Below are positions 46,980 to 57,144 of a stretch of 64,000 nt of DNA, piece after piece (position 1 is the stretch's first letter; every line of letters starts with the position of its first letter). Location of the stretch: contig JAZSDL010000026.1 of the NCBI GenBank assembly GCA_045531135.1, forward strand, positions 28,300 to 92,299, written 5' to 3'. The translations under genes were made by a program, and so were the position numbers. A model generated the notes under the pieces. The model made no database searches. It saw only the letters and a list, made by a program, of their open reading frames with translations, and was not told the DNA's origin. The stretch comes from Eubacteriales bacterium. Lineage in GTDB: Bacteria > Bacillota > Clostridia > Oscillospirales > CAG-382.

Positions 46980-47510
46980 TCAAATATTTGTTTTACTATA
47001 ATACACAACACCGGAATATTTCCCGTCTTTGTTTAATCTCCTATTTGCGATATAACCGTCTTTTATAAAACCCGCTTTTTCCATCACTCTGAACGATTGC
47101 ACATTAAGCTCATTACAGGAACATTCAACCAAGTAATAGCCACGGTTATTCAACAAATGCTCGGAAACCGCTTTTAATGCTTCGGCGGCATAACCATTAC
47201 CCCAATAGTTATAGCGTACCGTATAACCCACATTGCAATAATTGTGTTTCTTGACAACGGTATTCACATCTATATTGCCGACAACCTCACCGGTGAATTT
47301 TAATTCCATAACCCACTTCTCATATTTATTCTCGTCAGCTTCGCTTATCCATTTTTTTATACATTCCAGCTCTTCGTCTTTTGTCAAAGCGGGATATTTA
47401 ATATATTTTGCCAATCTTTCATCAGTTATGATTTCGTAGATAGCATCGATATCACTTTCTTTGTATCGTCTTAGAATAAGTCTGTCTGTTTCAATTCTCG
47501 GGCTTAACAT
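46980..47510 (-). CDS. GNAT family N-acetyltransferase (RimJ/RimL-like)
   Basis: IETDRLILRRYKESD, NVGYTVRYNYWGNGYAAEA and MEKAGF. The start was moved to ATG 47510, 8 nt after GGTGG. Confidence 0.85.
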   Translation of the reverse strand: MLSPRIETDRLILRRYKESDIDAIYEIITDERLAKYIKYPALTKDEELECIKKWISEADENKYEKWVMELKFTGEVVGNIDVNTVVKKHNYCNVGYTVRYNYWGNGYAAEALKAVSEHLLNNRGYYLVECSCNELNVQSFRVMEKAGFIKDGYIANRRLNKDGKYSGVVYYSKTNI

Positions 47511-47650
47511 ATAGAATCCCACCTTTGCTAATTACATCGATTTATAAGATGATATCATACCGCACAATTATTTTCAATGATTTTCAAAAAATTGACTTTT
47601 ACAGCAAATTGTGATATACAAATAAAGTAATAATTATCCGGAGGCAATCA

Positions 47651-49564
47651 ATGAGCATAATCGTATGTGACGGTGTTTCGCTGTCATACGGATCCGACGT
47701 AATATTAGAAAAAATCGATTTTTCCGTAAACTCCGGCGACAAGGTCGGAGTTATCGGTGTTAACGGCGCGGGCAAATCAACCTTGTTTTCTATATTAAAA
47801 GGTACGCTTGATCCCGTCAAGGGTGATGTTTACATATCAAACGGCACCACTATAGGTTGTCTTGAGCAAATAAACGATGCACACAGATTCGGTTTAGATA
47901 TATACAATTCCGTGTTAGCCGCATTCGAACCACTTATTAAGCTTGAACGTGAAATCAATGAGCTTCACCAAAGAATCGAAAACGGCGACGAAACAGCAGT
48001 GAAAGCGTTTGTCGATGCAAACGAGCGGTATATACAAAACGGCGGTAATGAATACAAAAATAAAACGAAATCACTTTTAAACAAATTCGGTTTTGCTTCA
48101 TCGGTATTTGAAAAGAGCGCGGATGAGCTGAGCGGCGGACAAAAAACAAAGCTTTTACTTGTAAAGCTATTACTTTCCGATCCGGATATTATGCTTTTGG
48201 ATGAGCCAACCAACCATTTAGATACCGATGCGTGCGTTTGGCTTGAGAATTTTATCACAACCTCCAAAAAGACGTTTTTGATCATTTCTCACGACAGATA
48301 TTTCCTTGATAAGACTACAAACAAAACGCTCGAGATATCCCACGGAGTGTCAGAAATGTACAGCGGAAATTACACAACCTTCCGCGAAAAGAAAAAAGCT
48401 CTCGACGAAGCAAAGCTAAAGCACTACAATTTACAGCAAAAAGAAATAGCGCGTTTGGAAGCTTTTATCGAGAACCAGCGCAAATGGAACCGCGAAAAGA
48501 ATATAATCGCAGCAGAAAGCAGACAAAAAACCATTGATAAAATGGTCAAGCTTGAAAAGCCGAAGGAAAAAGAAAAGGGTATCAGCTTTTCGATCTCACA
48601 TTCGGGTGCAATGAGTCACGACGTGCTTTCGGTGCGCTCGCTCTCTATGCACTACCCCGCTACCCCGCTTTTTGAAAACCTTTCGTTTGAGTTAAAGCGC
48701 GGCGATCGACTGTTTGTCATAGGAGCAAACGGATGTGGGAAATCAACTCTTATTAAAATACTCACAGGACGCGAAATGCAAAAAAGCGGCACGTTTGAGT
48801 TGGGATACAACCAAACTATCGGTTATTATGATCAGGAGCAGCAATTACTTGATCAGAACAGCACGGTTATAGATGAGATTTGGGGCGTTTATTCCGATAA
48901 GACAAATACGCAAATACGCTCTATGCTTGCGCAATTCGGATTCCGAGGCGATGATGTTTTTAAAAGCATCTCGGTATTGAGCGGCGGTGAACGGGCACGG
49001 CTTTCGATTGCAAAGATGGTAGCTTGCGGTGTCAGCTTATTGATACTTGATGAGCCAACCAACCATTTGGATATCGATTCACGCGAGATGCTCGAAAACG
49101 CGCTTTCGGAATATGACGGAACTATTATCTCGGTATCGCACGACAGATATTTTATACGTTCGCTTGCAACATCTATACTCGAAATCGACAAAGACGGTTT
49201 TGATATCGGATATTGCTATAAAAAATGCGGTTATGACGAATATCTATCCAAATGTACAAAAAATGAAGTTTCGACCGTAAAGCAGGAATCGGGAGCAGGA
49301 AAAGCGGATTTTGAAGAAGCCAAGCTACGCAAAAACCAGCTCAGGTCAGCAAAAAAACGTTATGAATCGGCCGAAAAAGAAATAACCGAGCTTGAAAACA
49401 CCTTGTCCGTTATAAAAGAAAAGGAAAATGACGAAGCCGTATTAAGCGACTACGTTGCCCTTGATGAGCTATACAGGCGAAAAAGTAACACAGAACAACG
49501 TATAAACGACTTATATTCCGAGCTCGAACGCTTGGAGACAACGATAGCTCAGCTTGAAATATGA
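47651..49564 (+). CDS. ABC-F family ATPase (two ABC domains, C-terminal coiled coil; no TM domain)
   Basis: The two Walker A motifs are GVNGAGKST and GANGCGKST. The two signature motifs are LSGGQKT and LSGGERA. There is an inter-domain linker and a Lys/Glu-rich C-terminal helix. Confidence 0.93.
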   Translation: MSIIVCDGVSLSYGSDVILEKIDFSVNSGDKVGVIGVNGAGKSTLFSILKGTLDPVKGDVYISNGTTIGCLEQINDAHRFGLDIYNSVLAAFEPLIKLEREINELHQRIENGDETAVKAFVDANERYIQNGGNEYKNKTKSLLNKFGFASSVFEKSADELSGGQKTKLLLVKLLLSDPDIMLLDEPTNHLDTDACVWLENFITTSKKTFLIISHDRYFLDKTTNKTLEISHGVSEMYSGNYTTFREKKKALDEAKLKHYNLQQKEIARLEAFIENQRKWNREKNIIAAESRQKTIDKMVKLEKPKEKEKGISFSISHSGAMSHDVLSVRSLSMHYPATPLFENLSFELKRGDRLFVIGANGCGKSTLIKILTGREMQKSGTFELGYNQTIGYYDQEQQLLDQNSTVIDEIWGVYSDKTNTQIRSMLAQFGFRGDDVFKSISVLSGGERARLSIAKMVACGVSLLILDEPTNHLDIDSREMLENALSEYDGTIISVSHDRYFIRSLATSILEIDKDGFDIGYCYKKCGYDEYLSKCTKNEVSTVKQESGAGKADFEEAKLRKNQLRSAKKRYESAEKEITELENTLSVIKEKENDEAVLSDYVALDELYRRKSNTEQRINDLYSELERLETTIAQLEI

Positions 49565-49622
49565 ATATTTTTCACACTCGCAATATATAATTAACTATAA
49601 ATTATTATGAGGAGTGTGCAAT

Positions 49623-50093
49623 ATGTTTGTATACACGATGAAAGCTCAGGGAATTAAGTTTTTTGCAGTACTTGCAATTTCGGTAACGGTACTTGTCGCA
49701 GCCATAAGTATTCTGCCGACGGTAAGCGCCGCAACAGATGTTGCTGTGGTTGCAACCGATTTCAAAAACATTTCCACAGAGGAGCAAATGGTGTCATTCT
49801 TGGCAGAATTCGGTTATGAGGTTGAAATGCAGCCGTCTAGTACATATGAGATTAACATTCCGAGTGAATTTAACTCGGTTTTTGAAAAGTACAATGATAT
49901 CCAACGTGCACAGGGCTTGAATCTGAAAAGATACGCCGGCAAGGATGCTACCGCATACGTATTCAGGGTAGTGAATTATGAATATGACGGCGAAGTATAT
50001 GCCACATTGTTCATCCGAAACGGCAGAGTTATAGCTGGCGATATTTGCTCCACAGACGGCGACGGTTTTGTTCACGGATTCAAAAAACAGTAA
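49623..50093 (+). CDS. DUF4830 domain protein with N-terminal signal/anchor
   Basis: FLAEFGYEV...INIPSEFNSVFEKYNDIQRAQGLNLKRYAGKDATAYVFRVVNY matches my recollection of DUF4830. ATG 49623 lies 8 nt after GAGGAG. Confidence 0.65.
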   Translation: MFVYTMKAQGIKFFAVLAISVTVLVAAISILPTVSAATDVAVVATDFKNISTEEQMVSFLAEFGYEVEMQPSSTYEINIPSEFNSVFEKYNDIQRAQGLNLKRYAGKDATAYVFRVVNYEYDGEVYATLFIRNGRVIAGDICSTDGDGFVHGFKKQ

Positions 50094-50220
50094 ATATTAT
50101 GCAAAATAGATAAACAATCGACCGAAAATTTGGATAATTAAACACTTTCATTTGTGATTAATTTTTGGTATTATTGTACGTGATAGAAAATGAGGCATAC
50201 CCTCAACATGGAGGTTTCAA

Positions 50221-51342
50221 ATGGCAAGTGTATTATTTAAGCACATTTACAAAAGATTCCCCGGCGGCGTAACCGCTGTATCCGATTTCACTCTTGAAAT
50301 CCAGGATAAGGAATTTGTTATTTTCGTCGGTCCTTCGGGCTGTGGTAAGACCACCACTCTCCGTATGATCGCCGGCCTTGAGGAAATTACCGAAGGCGAG
50401 CTTTTCATTGAGAACAAGCGCGTAAACGACGTAGCTCCTAAGGACAGAGATATTGCGATGGTTTTCCAGAACTACGCACTTTATCCTCATATGTCTGTTT
50501 ATGACAACATGGCATTCGGTCTTAAGCTCCGCAAGGTAAGAAAAGAAGAAATCAAGCGTCGCGTTGAAGAAGCAGCTCGTATTCTTGATATCACTCACCT
50601 TCTCGACAGAAAGCCCAAGGCATTGTCCGGCGGTCAGAAGCAGCGTGTTGCGCTCGGTCGTGCAATCGTTCGTGAGCCCAAGGTATTCCTTCTTGACGAA
50701 CCGCTTTCCAACCTCGATGCTAAGCTTCGTGCAACCATGAGAACCGAGCTTACCAAGCTCCACAACAAGCTCCAGACCACCTTTATCTACGTTACCCACG
50801 ACCAGGTCGAAGCAATGACCATGGCTACCCGTATCGTTGTTATGAAGGACGGTATTATTCAGCAGGTTGACACTCCTCAGAACCTCTATGACTTCCCCTG
50901 CAACATATTCGTTGCCGGATTTATCGGAACTCCTCAGATGAACTTTGTTAACGCAAAGATCACCAAGCCCAAGGGCGAGGAAGACTGCTATCTCGAATTT
51001 GAAAACGTTAAGTTCAAGCTTGAAAAGGAAAAATTCGAGGACACTAACCTTGCAGACTACATCGGAAAAGACGTAATTGCAGGTCTCCGTCCCGAGTTAC
51101 TCCACGACGAGCCCGTTTATATGGAAAAATTCAAGGATACCATTATCGAGGCAAAGGTTGAATTCACCGAGCTTATGGGCGCAGAGATCTACCTCTACCT
51201 CAACATCGGCGAGGAGACCACCCTTGTTGCCCGCGTTTCTTCTCAGTCGACCGCTAAGGCAGGCGATACTATTCAGATCGCGGTTGATACCTCTCGTATC
51301 CATATCTTCGATAAGGACACCGAAAAGGTTATCGTTCACTAA
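50221..51342 (+). CDS. sugar ABC transporter ATP-binding protein (MsmK/MsmX/UgpC/MalK type), orphan
   Basis: GPSGCGKTT, LSGGQKQRVALGRA and LLDEPLSNLDA. The C-terminus is a TOBE-like regulatory domain. No permease gene is adjacent. Confidence 0.93.
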   Translation: MASVLFKHIYKRFPGGVTAVSDFTLEIQDKEFVIFVGPSGCGKTTTLRMIAGLEEITEGELFIENKRVNDVAPKDRDIAMVFQNYALYPHMSVYDNMAFGLKLRKVRKEEIKRRVEEAARILDITHLLDRKPKALSGGQKQRVALGRAIVREPKVFLLDEPLSNLDAKLRATMRTELTKLHNKLQTTFIYVTHDQVEAMTMATRIVVMKDGIIQQVDTPQNLYDFPCNIFVAGFIGTPQMNFVNAKITKPKGEEDCYLEFENVKFKLEKEKFEDTNLADYIGKDVIAGLRPELLHDEPVYMEKFKDTIIEAKVEFTELMGAEIYLYLNIGEETTLVARVSSQSTAKAGDTIQIAVDTSRIHIFDKDTEKVIVH

Positions 51343-51353
51343 GATCAATCAAC

Positions 51354-51389
51354 AAAAAAGGTTTTCGTGTATTGCGAAAACCTTTTTTA
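51354..51389. terminator. bidirectional rho-independent terminator
   Basis: Stem AGGTTTTCG/CGAAAACCT with loop TGTATTG. An A-run lies upstream and a T6 run downstream. It sits between convergent genes. Confidence 0.85.
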
Positions 51390-51392
51390 TTA

Positions 51393-52010
51393 TTATTTAT
51401 AAAACTCATCAATCATATGCTTTATCATAAGTGCGGTGCCCTCGGTTCCGAGAACGCTGCTGTCTATGTTCATATGATAATTTTTGGGATCGCCCCAACC
51501 TTTTCCCGTATAGAAATTATAATAGGATGCACGTTTCTTGTCTTCTTTTAAAATACGCTTGTGTGCTGTGCTTTCGTCCATACCGTATTCGGAAATCAAA
51601 TTCTTTACACGCTCCTCAATAGGTGAATGGATGAATACCTTTAAAACACCATCACGATCCGAGAGAACATCATCCGCACAACGTCCGATAATAATGCAGT
51701 CGCCTTTTGTGGCGATTTTTTTGATTTCTTCCGATTGGATATTAAAAACCCTGTCGGTCCAAATATTATCGTTCATGCCGTAGTGTGCCAAATTGCCGCT
51801 ATAGCTGGATATTGCAAGCGAATACAAAAAGCTTGATGTTGCTTGTTCGTCTGCTTTTTCGAATGTTTCAGCAGGTATTCCGTGCGATTCGGCAATTTTC
51901 CACAATGCTTCACGATCATAACAAGGAATACCGGTCAACTCTGAAAGCTTTTCTCCTATCTCTGAGCCGAGGGATGCAAACTGACGTCCTATTGTAATGA
52001 TTTTGTTCAT
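51393..52010 (-). CDS. cytidylate kinase-like family protein
   Basis: 205 aa. The N-terminus IITIGRQFASLGSEIGEKLSELTGIPCYDRE is typical of the cytidylate-kinase-like 2 family. An AGGAGG RBS precedes the start. Confidence 0.8.
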   Translation of the reverse strand: MNKIITIGRQFASLGSEIGEKLSELTGIPCYDREALWKIAESHGIPAETFEKADEQATSSFLYSLAISSYSGNLAHYGMNDNIWTDRVFNIQSEEIKKIATKGDCIIIGRCADDVLSDRDGVLKVFIHSPIEERVKNLISEYGMDESTAHKRILKEDKKRASYYNFYTGKGWGDPKNYHMNIDSSVLGTEGTALMIKHMIDEFYK

Positions 52011-52086
52011 AAAATACCTCCTTGTTTTTCTATTAATATTGTATCATAATATTTTTATTCTTTCAAGCAAATAATTAATAAATCGA

Positions 52087-52115
52087 TTGAAATAATACAA
52101 ATACTATGATATAAT
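52087..52115 (+). promoter_or_regulatory. candidate sigma-A promoter for the HAD hydrolase gene
   Basis: TTGAAA (52087-52092), 17 nt spacer, TATAAT (52110-52115). Confidence 0.55.
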
Positions 52116-52154
52116 GTGTTGGCATGATATTACAAACACAAAGGATTGTAGTTG

Positions 52155-52814
52155 ATGAAATACAAATATCTCCTTTTCGACCTCGACGGAACACTTATAG
52201 ATACAACCGAGGGTGTATATAAATGCGCTCAACACGCATTATCAAAATTCGGTCTATACGTCGGATTTGCAGAGTTGAAACCGATTTTCGGTCCTCCTTT
52301 AAAGCAATCTTTTATGAACCTTTTTAACCTAAGCGACGACGATGCAAGCTCTGCTGTTGCTTTTTATCTTGAGCGTTATCAGCAATTCGGCATACAAGAA
52401 TCAAAGGTGTTTGATGATATTCCTCAGTTGCTGAATGATTTAAAGAAAGTCGGATATAAGCTTGGTGTCGCTACCTCAAAATACGAAGGGCACGCCATAT
52501 CCGCGCTTGAACACTATAACATTGCACATCTGTTCGACTACATTACGGGCGCAAATATCGACGAAACGATCAGCGCAAAGCATGAGGTTATCGAAGAAGC
52601 ACTAAAAAGATTCAACGCCATCGACGAAAAAGACAAGGTTCTAATGATCGGCGACATGAAATATGATATCATAGGCGCAAAAAAGTCCGGTATAGATTCT
52701 TTTGGTATCTACACCGGCACTGCAGCCGAGCTCGAGCATGAAAACGCAGGAGCAACTTATATTGCATACTCATTTGATGAACTTAAAAGCAAATTAATCG
52801 AGGAGCTTTATTGA
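52155..52814 (+). CDS. HAD-IA family hydrolase (phosphoglycolate phosphatase-like)
   Basis: LLFDLDGTLIDT is motif I, VATSK is motif II, and MIGDMKYDIIGA is motif IV. Confidence 0.85.
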   Translation: MKYKYLLFDLDGTLIDTTEGVYKCAQHALSKFGLYVGFAELKPIFGPPLKQSFMNLFNLSDDDASSAVAFYLERYQQFGIQESKVFDDIPQLLNDLKKVGYKLGVATSKYEGHAISALEHYNIAHLFDYITGANIDETISAKHEVIEEALKRFNAIDEKDKVLMIGDMKYDIIGAKKSGIDSFGIYTGTAAELEHENAGATYIAYSFDELKSKLIEELY

Positions 52815-53314
52815 TCGGCATTCTCCCGCTCTGCCAATTCCCTTTTTGATAGAAATTTATCGTTTTCTCCGCCTGTGATGCGAACTATAAAGTCGGCATA
52901 TTTTCTTTTTGCGGAGCGAGTATTAAACAAAAGCAAGAATCCTCCGATCACACCGCAAACCAAAAGAGAATTTACCGTACCGAGCGAATCACCGCGAGTT
53001 GCAAATACCATACGAATGTATACAAGAAAGGCATTGATCAAGCCGACAAAGATATAATCGAACAACGATTTTGTAAATACTCCGCTGATCTTACTTCCCT
53101 GCTCGGTTTGGACGATGTGTCCTCTGAAAATCGTACCAAACGGCTCGCGATTGGAGCGCGGGCGGCGAATCAGCTTGATTTTGTTGCCTTTTCTCTTGGA
53201 AACAAAGATCAGATCCATTGTGTCGTCACTGCCCGCAAAGCGCGATGGCGATGTATATTCATCCCATTTATCGGTCAGTTCCTCTGACGTCAGCTTACTT
53301 TCAAAATCGACCAT
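52808..53314 (-). CDS. hypothetical membrane protein
   Basis: 168-aa ORF with two predicted TM helices (LFDYIFVGLINAFLVYI; LLVCGVIGGFLLLF). I recognise no family. The 3' end overlaps the HAD gene by 7 nt. Confidence 0.55.
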   Translation of the reverse strand: MVDFESKLTSEELTDKWDEYTSPSRFAGSDDTMDLIFVSKRKGNKIKLIRRPRSNREPFGTIFRGHIVQTEQGSKISGVFTKSLFDYIFVGLINAFLVYIRMVFATRGDSLGTVNSLLVCGVIGGFLLLFNTRSAKRKYADFIVRITGGENDKFLSKRELAERENADQ

Positions 53315-53406
53315 TTGAGAGCCCTCCTTTTTGAATTTTTCATATTATAGCATATTATTTATTGCAAGTCAAATTATAATTTTTTCTTCGGAACGGAGTA
53401 CTATAT

Positions 53407-54240
53407 TTGAAAAAAATGCTGCAAAACATCAAATATTTCATAAGAAAAACGTCTGCAAGCAGAATAGGGGCATACTCTGCCCAAACGGCATTTTTTATGT
53501 TTTTATCGATGATACCGCTTATTATGCTTATACTGTCACTCGTAAGACAGGTTGGAACATCGGTTGACGAGATCTCCACAGCGGCAAACGAGTTTGCCCC
53601 CGAGGCAGTAAGCTCTTTTATAAATATATATATCGATGAGATAATCAACAACAGCAAGCTTTCGTTAACGATAGTTTCCGCGATCGTTTTGCTATGGTCT
53701 GCATCAAGAGGTATTTTCTCGATAATCGGCGGTTTGAACTCGGTTTACGAAATCAAAGAAGGCAGAAATTATTTTGTCATCCGAATTACCGCAATCTTTT
53801 ATACTCTTGCATTTATAATCATACTGACCGTGGCTCTGCTTTTAATGGTTTTCGGAGATACACTTAACGATATATTATACTCGTTACTGCCAAATCTAAA
53901 GGGATTGGTGTATATCGTATCTTCGCTTCGTTTCATATTGGGATTCATTGTTTTAATACTGTTCTTTTCTATTCTGTACAAATCGCTTCCCAACTGTAAA
54001 ATGAAGCTTATAGATCAGGTGCCCGGTGCCGTCATCACCAGTGCAGGATGGGTTTCTTTTTCGATACTGTTCTCATTTTTTGTTGATAATTTTGCTAATT
54101 ACGCCAATATATACGGTAGTCTTTCTGCGATTATAATTCTGTTATTATGGCTTTATATATGTATGTATATTATGTTTATCGGAGCCGAGGTCAACTGTAT
54201 TTTAACTTCAAAGATCAACGACGGTGTCCACGAGAAATAG
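53407..54240 (+). CDS. YihY/BrkB (virulence factor BrkB / formerly RNase BN) family membrane protein
   Basis: SRIGAYSAQTAFFMFLSMIPL and polytopic topology, ending YGSLSAIIILLLWLYICMYIMFIGAEVN. TTG 53407 lies 8 nt after GGAG, and ATG 53416 is an alternative start. Confidence 0.85.
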   Translation: MKKMLQNIKYFIRKTSASRIGAYSAQTAFFMFLSMIPLIMLILSLVRQVGTSVDEISTAANEFAPEAVSSFINIYIDEIINNSKLSLTIVSAIVLLWSASRGIFSIIGGLNSVYEIKEGRNYFVIRITAIFYTLAFIIILTVALLLMVFGDTLNDILYSLLPNLKGLVYIVSSLRFILGFIVLILFFSILYKSLPNCKMKLIDQVPGAVITSAGWVSFSILFSFFVDNFANYANIYGSLSAIIILLLWLYICMYIMFIGAEVNCILTSKINDGVHEK

Positions 54241-54284
54241 CTATCTTTTTATATTAAAATTCACTAAAGAAGCGCTTGTTTCTA

Positions 54285-54313
54285 TTGACTTGAAAACGCC
54301 ATTATGATATAAT
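54285..54313 (+). promoter_or_regulatory. candidate sigma-A promoter of the MBOAT-DHHW-DHHW-FkbH-ACP operon
   Basis: TTGACT (54285-54290), 17 nt spacer, TATAAT (54308-54313). A GAGGA RBS lies before ATG 54342. Confidence 0.6.
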
Positions 54314-54341
54314 TAAACGATTAATTTCTGCGAGGAATTTT

Positions 54342-55754
54342 ATGCTTTTTGCCGATTTGTTTTTCATGTTCGCATTCCTGCCCTTGTGCTTTTTGTTTTA
54401 CTTTATGTTCAAAAGCATAAAGGTTAAGAATTGGGTGCTTATAGTTTTTTCGTTAGTGTTTTATGCATGCGGAGAACCTGTAAAAATATTCATGTTTTTA
54501 GCAAGCGTTTTGGTTAATTACCTGCTTGTGCTATGGATGGACAAGGCACGCGGTACGGTACAATCCAAAGTCGCCTTGGCTCTTGCATTGGTATACGATA
54601 TAGGTATGCTGGGCGTGTTTAAGTATACCGATTTTATGATCAGCAACGTTAACGGTATATTCGGAACCTCTATACCTCTTCTTAAAATCGCCTTGCCTCT
54701 CGGCATCAGCTTCTACACTTTTCAGACTCTGTCTTACGTAATAGACGTTTATTGGGATAAGGTTCCTGTACAGAAAAGCTTTCACAAGCTGTTGCTTTAC
54801 ATATCGCTATTCCCTCAGTTAGTTGCGGGGCCGATAGTCAGATATCAGACGATTGCAGAAGAAATCGACGACCGCAGGACAACTATAAACGACGCATTTG
54901 AGGGTTTTATCCGTTTGGTGATCGGTTTGTCAAAAAAGGTTCTGCTCGCCAACAATCTGAACGTTTTGGTTCAAAACTGCTTTGGCGATAACATTTCCGA
55001 GGCATCGGTAGCAGCCACTTGGATAGGTGTTGTTGCATATTCTATGCAGGTATATTTTGACTTTTCGGGATATTCCGACATGGCAATCGGCATAGGCCGT
55101 ATCTTCGGATTCCATTTTGACGAGAACTTCCGTCATCCATTTATGTGCCGTTCGATCTCCGAATTTTGGCAGAGATGGCATATTTCTTTGGGTAGCTTTT
55201 TCAGAGACTATCTGCTGTATATTCCGATATTCGGCAAGCGCAGAGCCGTTTTGTCTCTGTTCCTTGTTTGGTTCACAACGGGCTTGTGGCACGGAGCAAG
55301 CTGGAATTACGTAATTTGGGGACTTTATTTCGGTGTATTTATATTCATCGAAACAAAGATCGGCAAAAAGAATCTCAAAAATGCACCTACTCTGCTTATG
55401 CATGTATATAACAAGCTTGTTATTCTGGTAGGATTCGGCATATTTAAATTCGAAAATCTGTCGGATCTTGGCAATTTCTTCAAGAACCTTGCAGGCGCCA
55501 ACGGCAACGAAATGATCAACCAAACGGCGAAGGACGCCTTGAGCTCACATTTGTTTATATTTATCGTCGGTATTATTGCCTGCTTCCCTATTGCCGCATA
55601 CCTAAAAAAACGTTTCGAGAACTCACACCCGATTTCTCACTCGCTCGGTATGGTTGCCGTCACCGCATTTGCAATTTTATTGCTGTTTATCGATACCTCG
55701 GTTTTGGTCAAGACTTTCAGCAGTAATAATCCGTTCCTTTATTGGAATTTTTAG
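54342..55754 (+). CDS. MBOAT family membrane-bound O-acyltransferase (AlgI/DltB/PatA-like)
   Basis: GISFYTFQTLSYVIDVY and FPQLVAGPIVRY. The conserved His is in FWQRWHISLGSFFRDYL, with GLWHGASWN further on. Confidence 0.93.
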   Translation: MLFADLFFMFAFLPLCFLFYFMFKSIKVKNWVLIVFSLVFYACGEPVKIFMFLASVLVNYLLVLWMDKARGTVQSKVALALALVYDIGMLGVFKYTDFMISNVNGIFGTSIPLLKIALPLGISFYTFQTLSYVIDVYWDKVPVQKSFHKLLLYISLFPQLVAGPIVRYQTIAEEIDDRRTTINDAFEGFIRLVIGLSKKVLLANNLNVLVQNCFGDNISEASVAATWIGVVAYSMQVYFDFSGYSDMAIGIGRIFGFHFDENFRHPFMCRSISEFWQRWHISLGSFFRDYLLYIPIFGKRRAVLSLFLVWFTTGLWHGASWNYVIWGLYFGVFIFIETKIGKKNLKNAPTLLMHVYNKLVILVGFGIFKFENLSDLGNFFKNLAGANGNEMINQTAKDALSSHLFIFIVGIIACFPIAAYLKKRFENSHPISHSLGMVAVTAFAILLLFIDTSVLVKTFSSNNPFLYWNF

Positions 55755-55765
55755 GAGCGTTACGT

Positions 55766-57142
55766 ATGAAAAAGATAACAACTTTAATTTGTCTTTGTAT
55801 ACTGGTCGCAGTATTTATATTTATGTTTATTTTTTCGGTATGCTTATCCCGCACGACCGAATCGGATTACAGCATTTTAAAAGAATGGCCCGAATTTTCT
55901 GTGAAATCCCTTTTCTCAGGCGAATACATCAGCGACGTTATGTATTGCTTTACCGATACGATACATGCCCGTGACAGATTTATAGACTTTGAGGCAAAAA
56001 TAAGCGATCTCTACGGATTAAAGGAAGATCAAGAGGTCATTGTCATTTACGATGAAGACGAAAATGATATGAGTGAAGCAGACGATTCTTCTGTTAACTC
56101 ATCAACCTCGTTGGAAGCTTCCGACGAATCCAATATCGCTGATGCTTCATCCGACATATCTCGGGAATCAACACCTCCGGAATCATCCGAGGTGAGCAAC
56201 AACGAAGATAGTCAGCCCGCAGATAAGGTAAATCCCGAGCTTTCCGGCTCGGTCACCATTGTCGGCACACGTGCACTTGAGATATACAGCAGTAACGAGG
56301 TTATGGCATCCCGTTACGCCGAGATTTTAAACAATTTCGCTGCCGGGTTGGATGATTCGGTAAACGTTTATTCGATGGTAATACCCAAGGCGAGTGCCTA
56401 CTATCTCGAGCTTGCAAACGGCTATGAATCGAGAATTTATGACAACAAAAAGGACATAGACAAGATCGCTGAAACATTTACCGATAAGGTTATCGACGTT
56501 AACGTTTATAATATTCTCGGTCTGCATGCCGACGAGGATATTTATTTCCGCACTGACCACCATTGGACTTCAAAGGGCGCATATTACGCATCAAGCGTAT
56601 TGGCATCCAAGGCCGGTGTCGGATTTTCCGATTTGAGCACATACCGCGAAGAAAGGCGAGAGGGCTACATCGGAACGATGTACAAATTCTCAAATTACAG
56701 CACAACTTTGCTCAACAACCCCGAAGATTTTGTCACATATTATCCGAATTCGGAATATACCGTCACCTATTATGACCGCAGCGATCTTTCGTCGAGCCCT
56801 TATGTGCACAAGTCGGGATTTTTCTGGAGAGTCAGTGACAATGCAAAAAGCAGCTGGTATCTTACCTATATAAACGGCGATGCTTATTCGCTGAAGGCGG
56901 TTTCCGAAAACTGCAAAAACGGCAGAAAGCTGCTTTTGGTTAAGGACAGCTACGGCAACGCGATCGCCCCCTATCTTTTGGACAGCTTTGAAGAGATTTA
57001 CATCGTAGACGGACGGTACTACGAGAGAAATCTAAAAGAAACCATTAACGAATACGGCATTACTGACGTTTTGTTTGCAGAGTGTACTTTTTCCGCCACC
57101 TCGGGCGAATATCAAAAATATCTCAAGGAGTTGTGTAAATAA
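55766..57142 (+). CDS. DHHW family protein (AlgX/AlgJ-like extracytoplasmic acyltransferase), N-terminally membrane-anchored
   Basis: N-terminal TM helix (ITTLICLCILVAVFIFMFIF) and an acidic Ser-rich linker. The motif is YFRTDHHWTSKGAYYAS (DHHW at 56555-56566), followed by LLLVKDSYGNAIAPYL. The start was moved to ATG 55766, which follows AGGAG. Confidence 0.85.
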   Translation: MKKITTLICLCILVAVFIFMFIFSVCLSRTTESDYSILKEWPEFSVKSLFSGEYISDVMYCFTDTIHARDRFIDFEAKISDLYGLKEDQEVIVIYDEDENDMSEADDSSVNSSTSLEASDESNIADASSDISRESTPPESSEVSNNEDSQPADKVNPELSGSVTIVGTRALEIYSSNEVMASRYAEILNNFAAGLDDSVNVYSMVIPKASAYYLELANGYESRIYDNKKDIDKIAETFTDKVIDVNVYNILGLHADEDIYFRTDHHWTSKGAYYASSVLASKAGVGFSDLSTYREERREGYIGTMYKFSNYSTTLLNNPEDFVTYYPNSEYTVTYYDRSDLSSSPYVHKSGFFWRVSDNAKSSWYLTYINGDAYSLKAVSENCKNGRKLLLVKDSYGNAIAPYLLDSFEEIYIVDGRYYERNLKETINEYGITDVLFAECTFSATSGEYQKYLKELCK

Positions 57143-57144
57143 TC

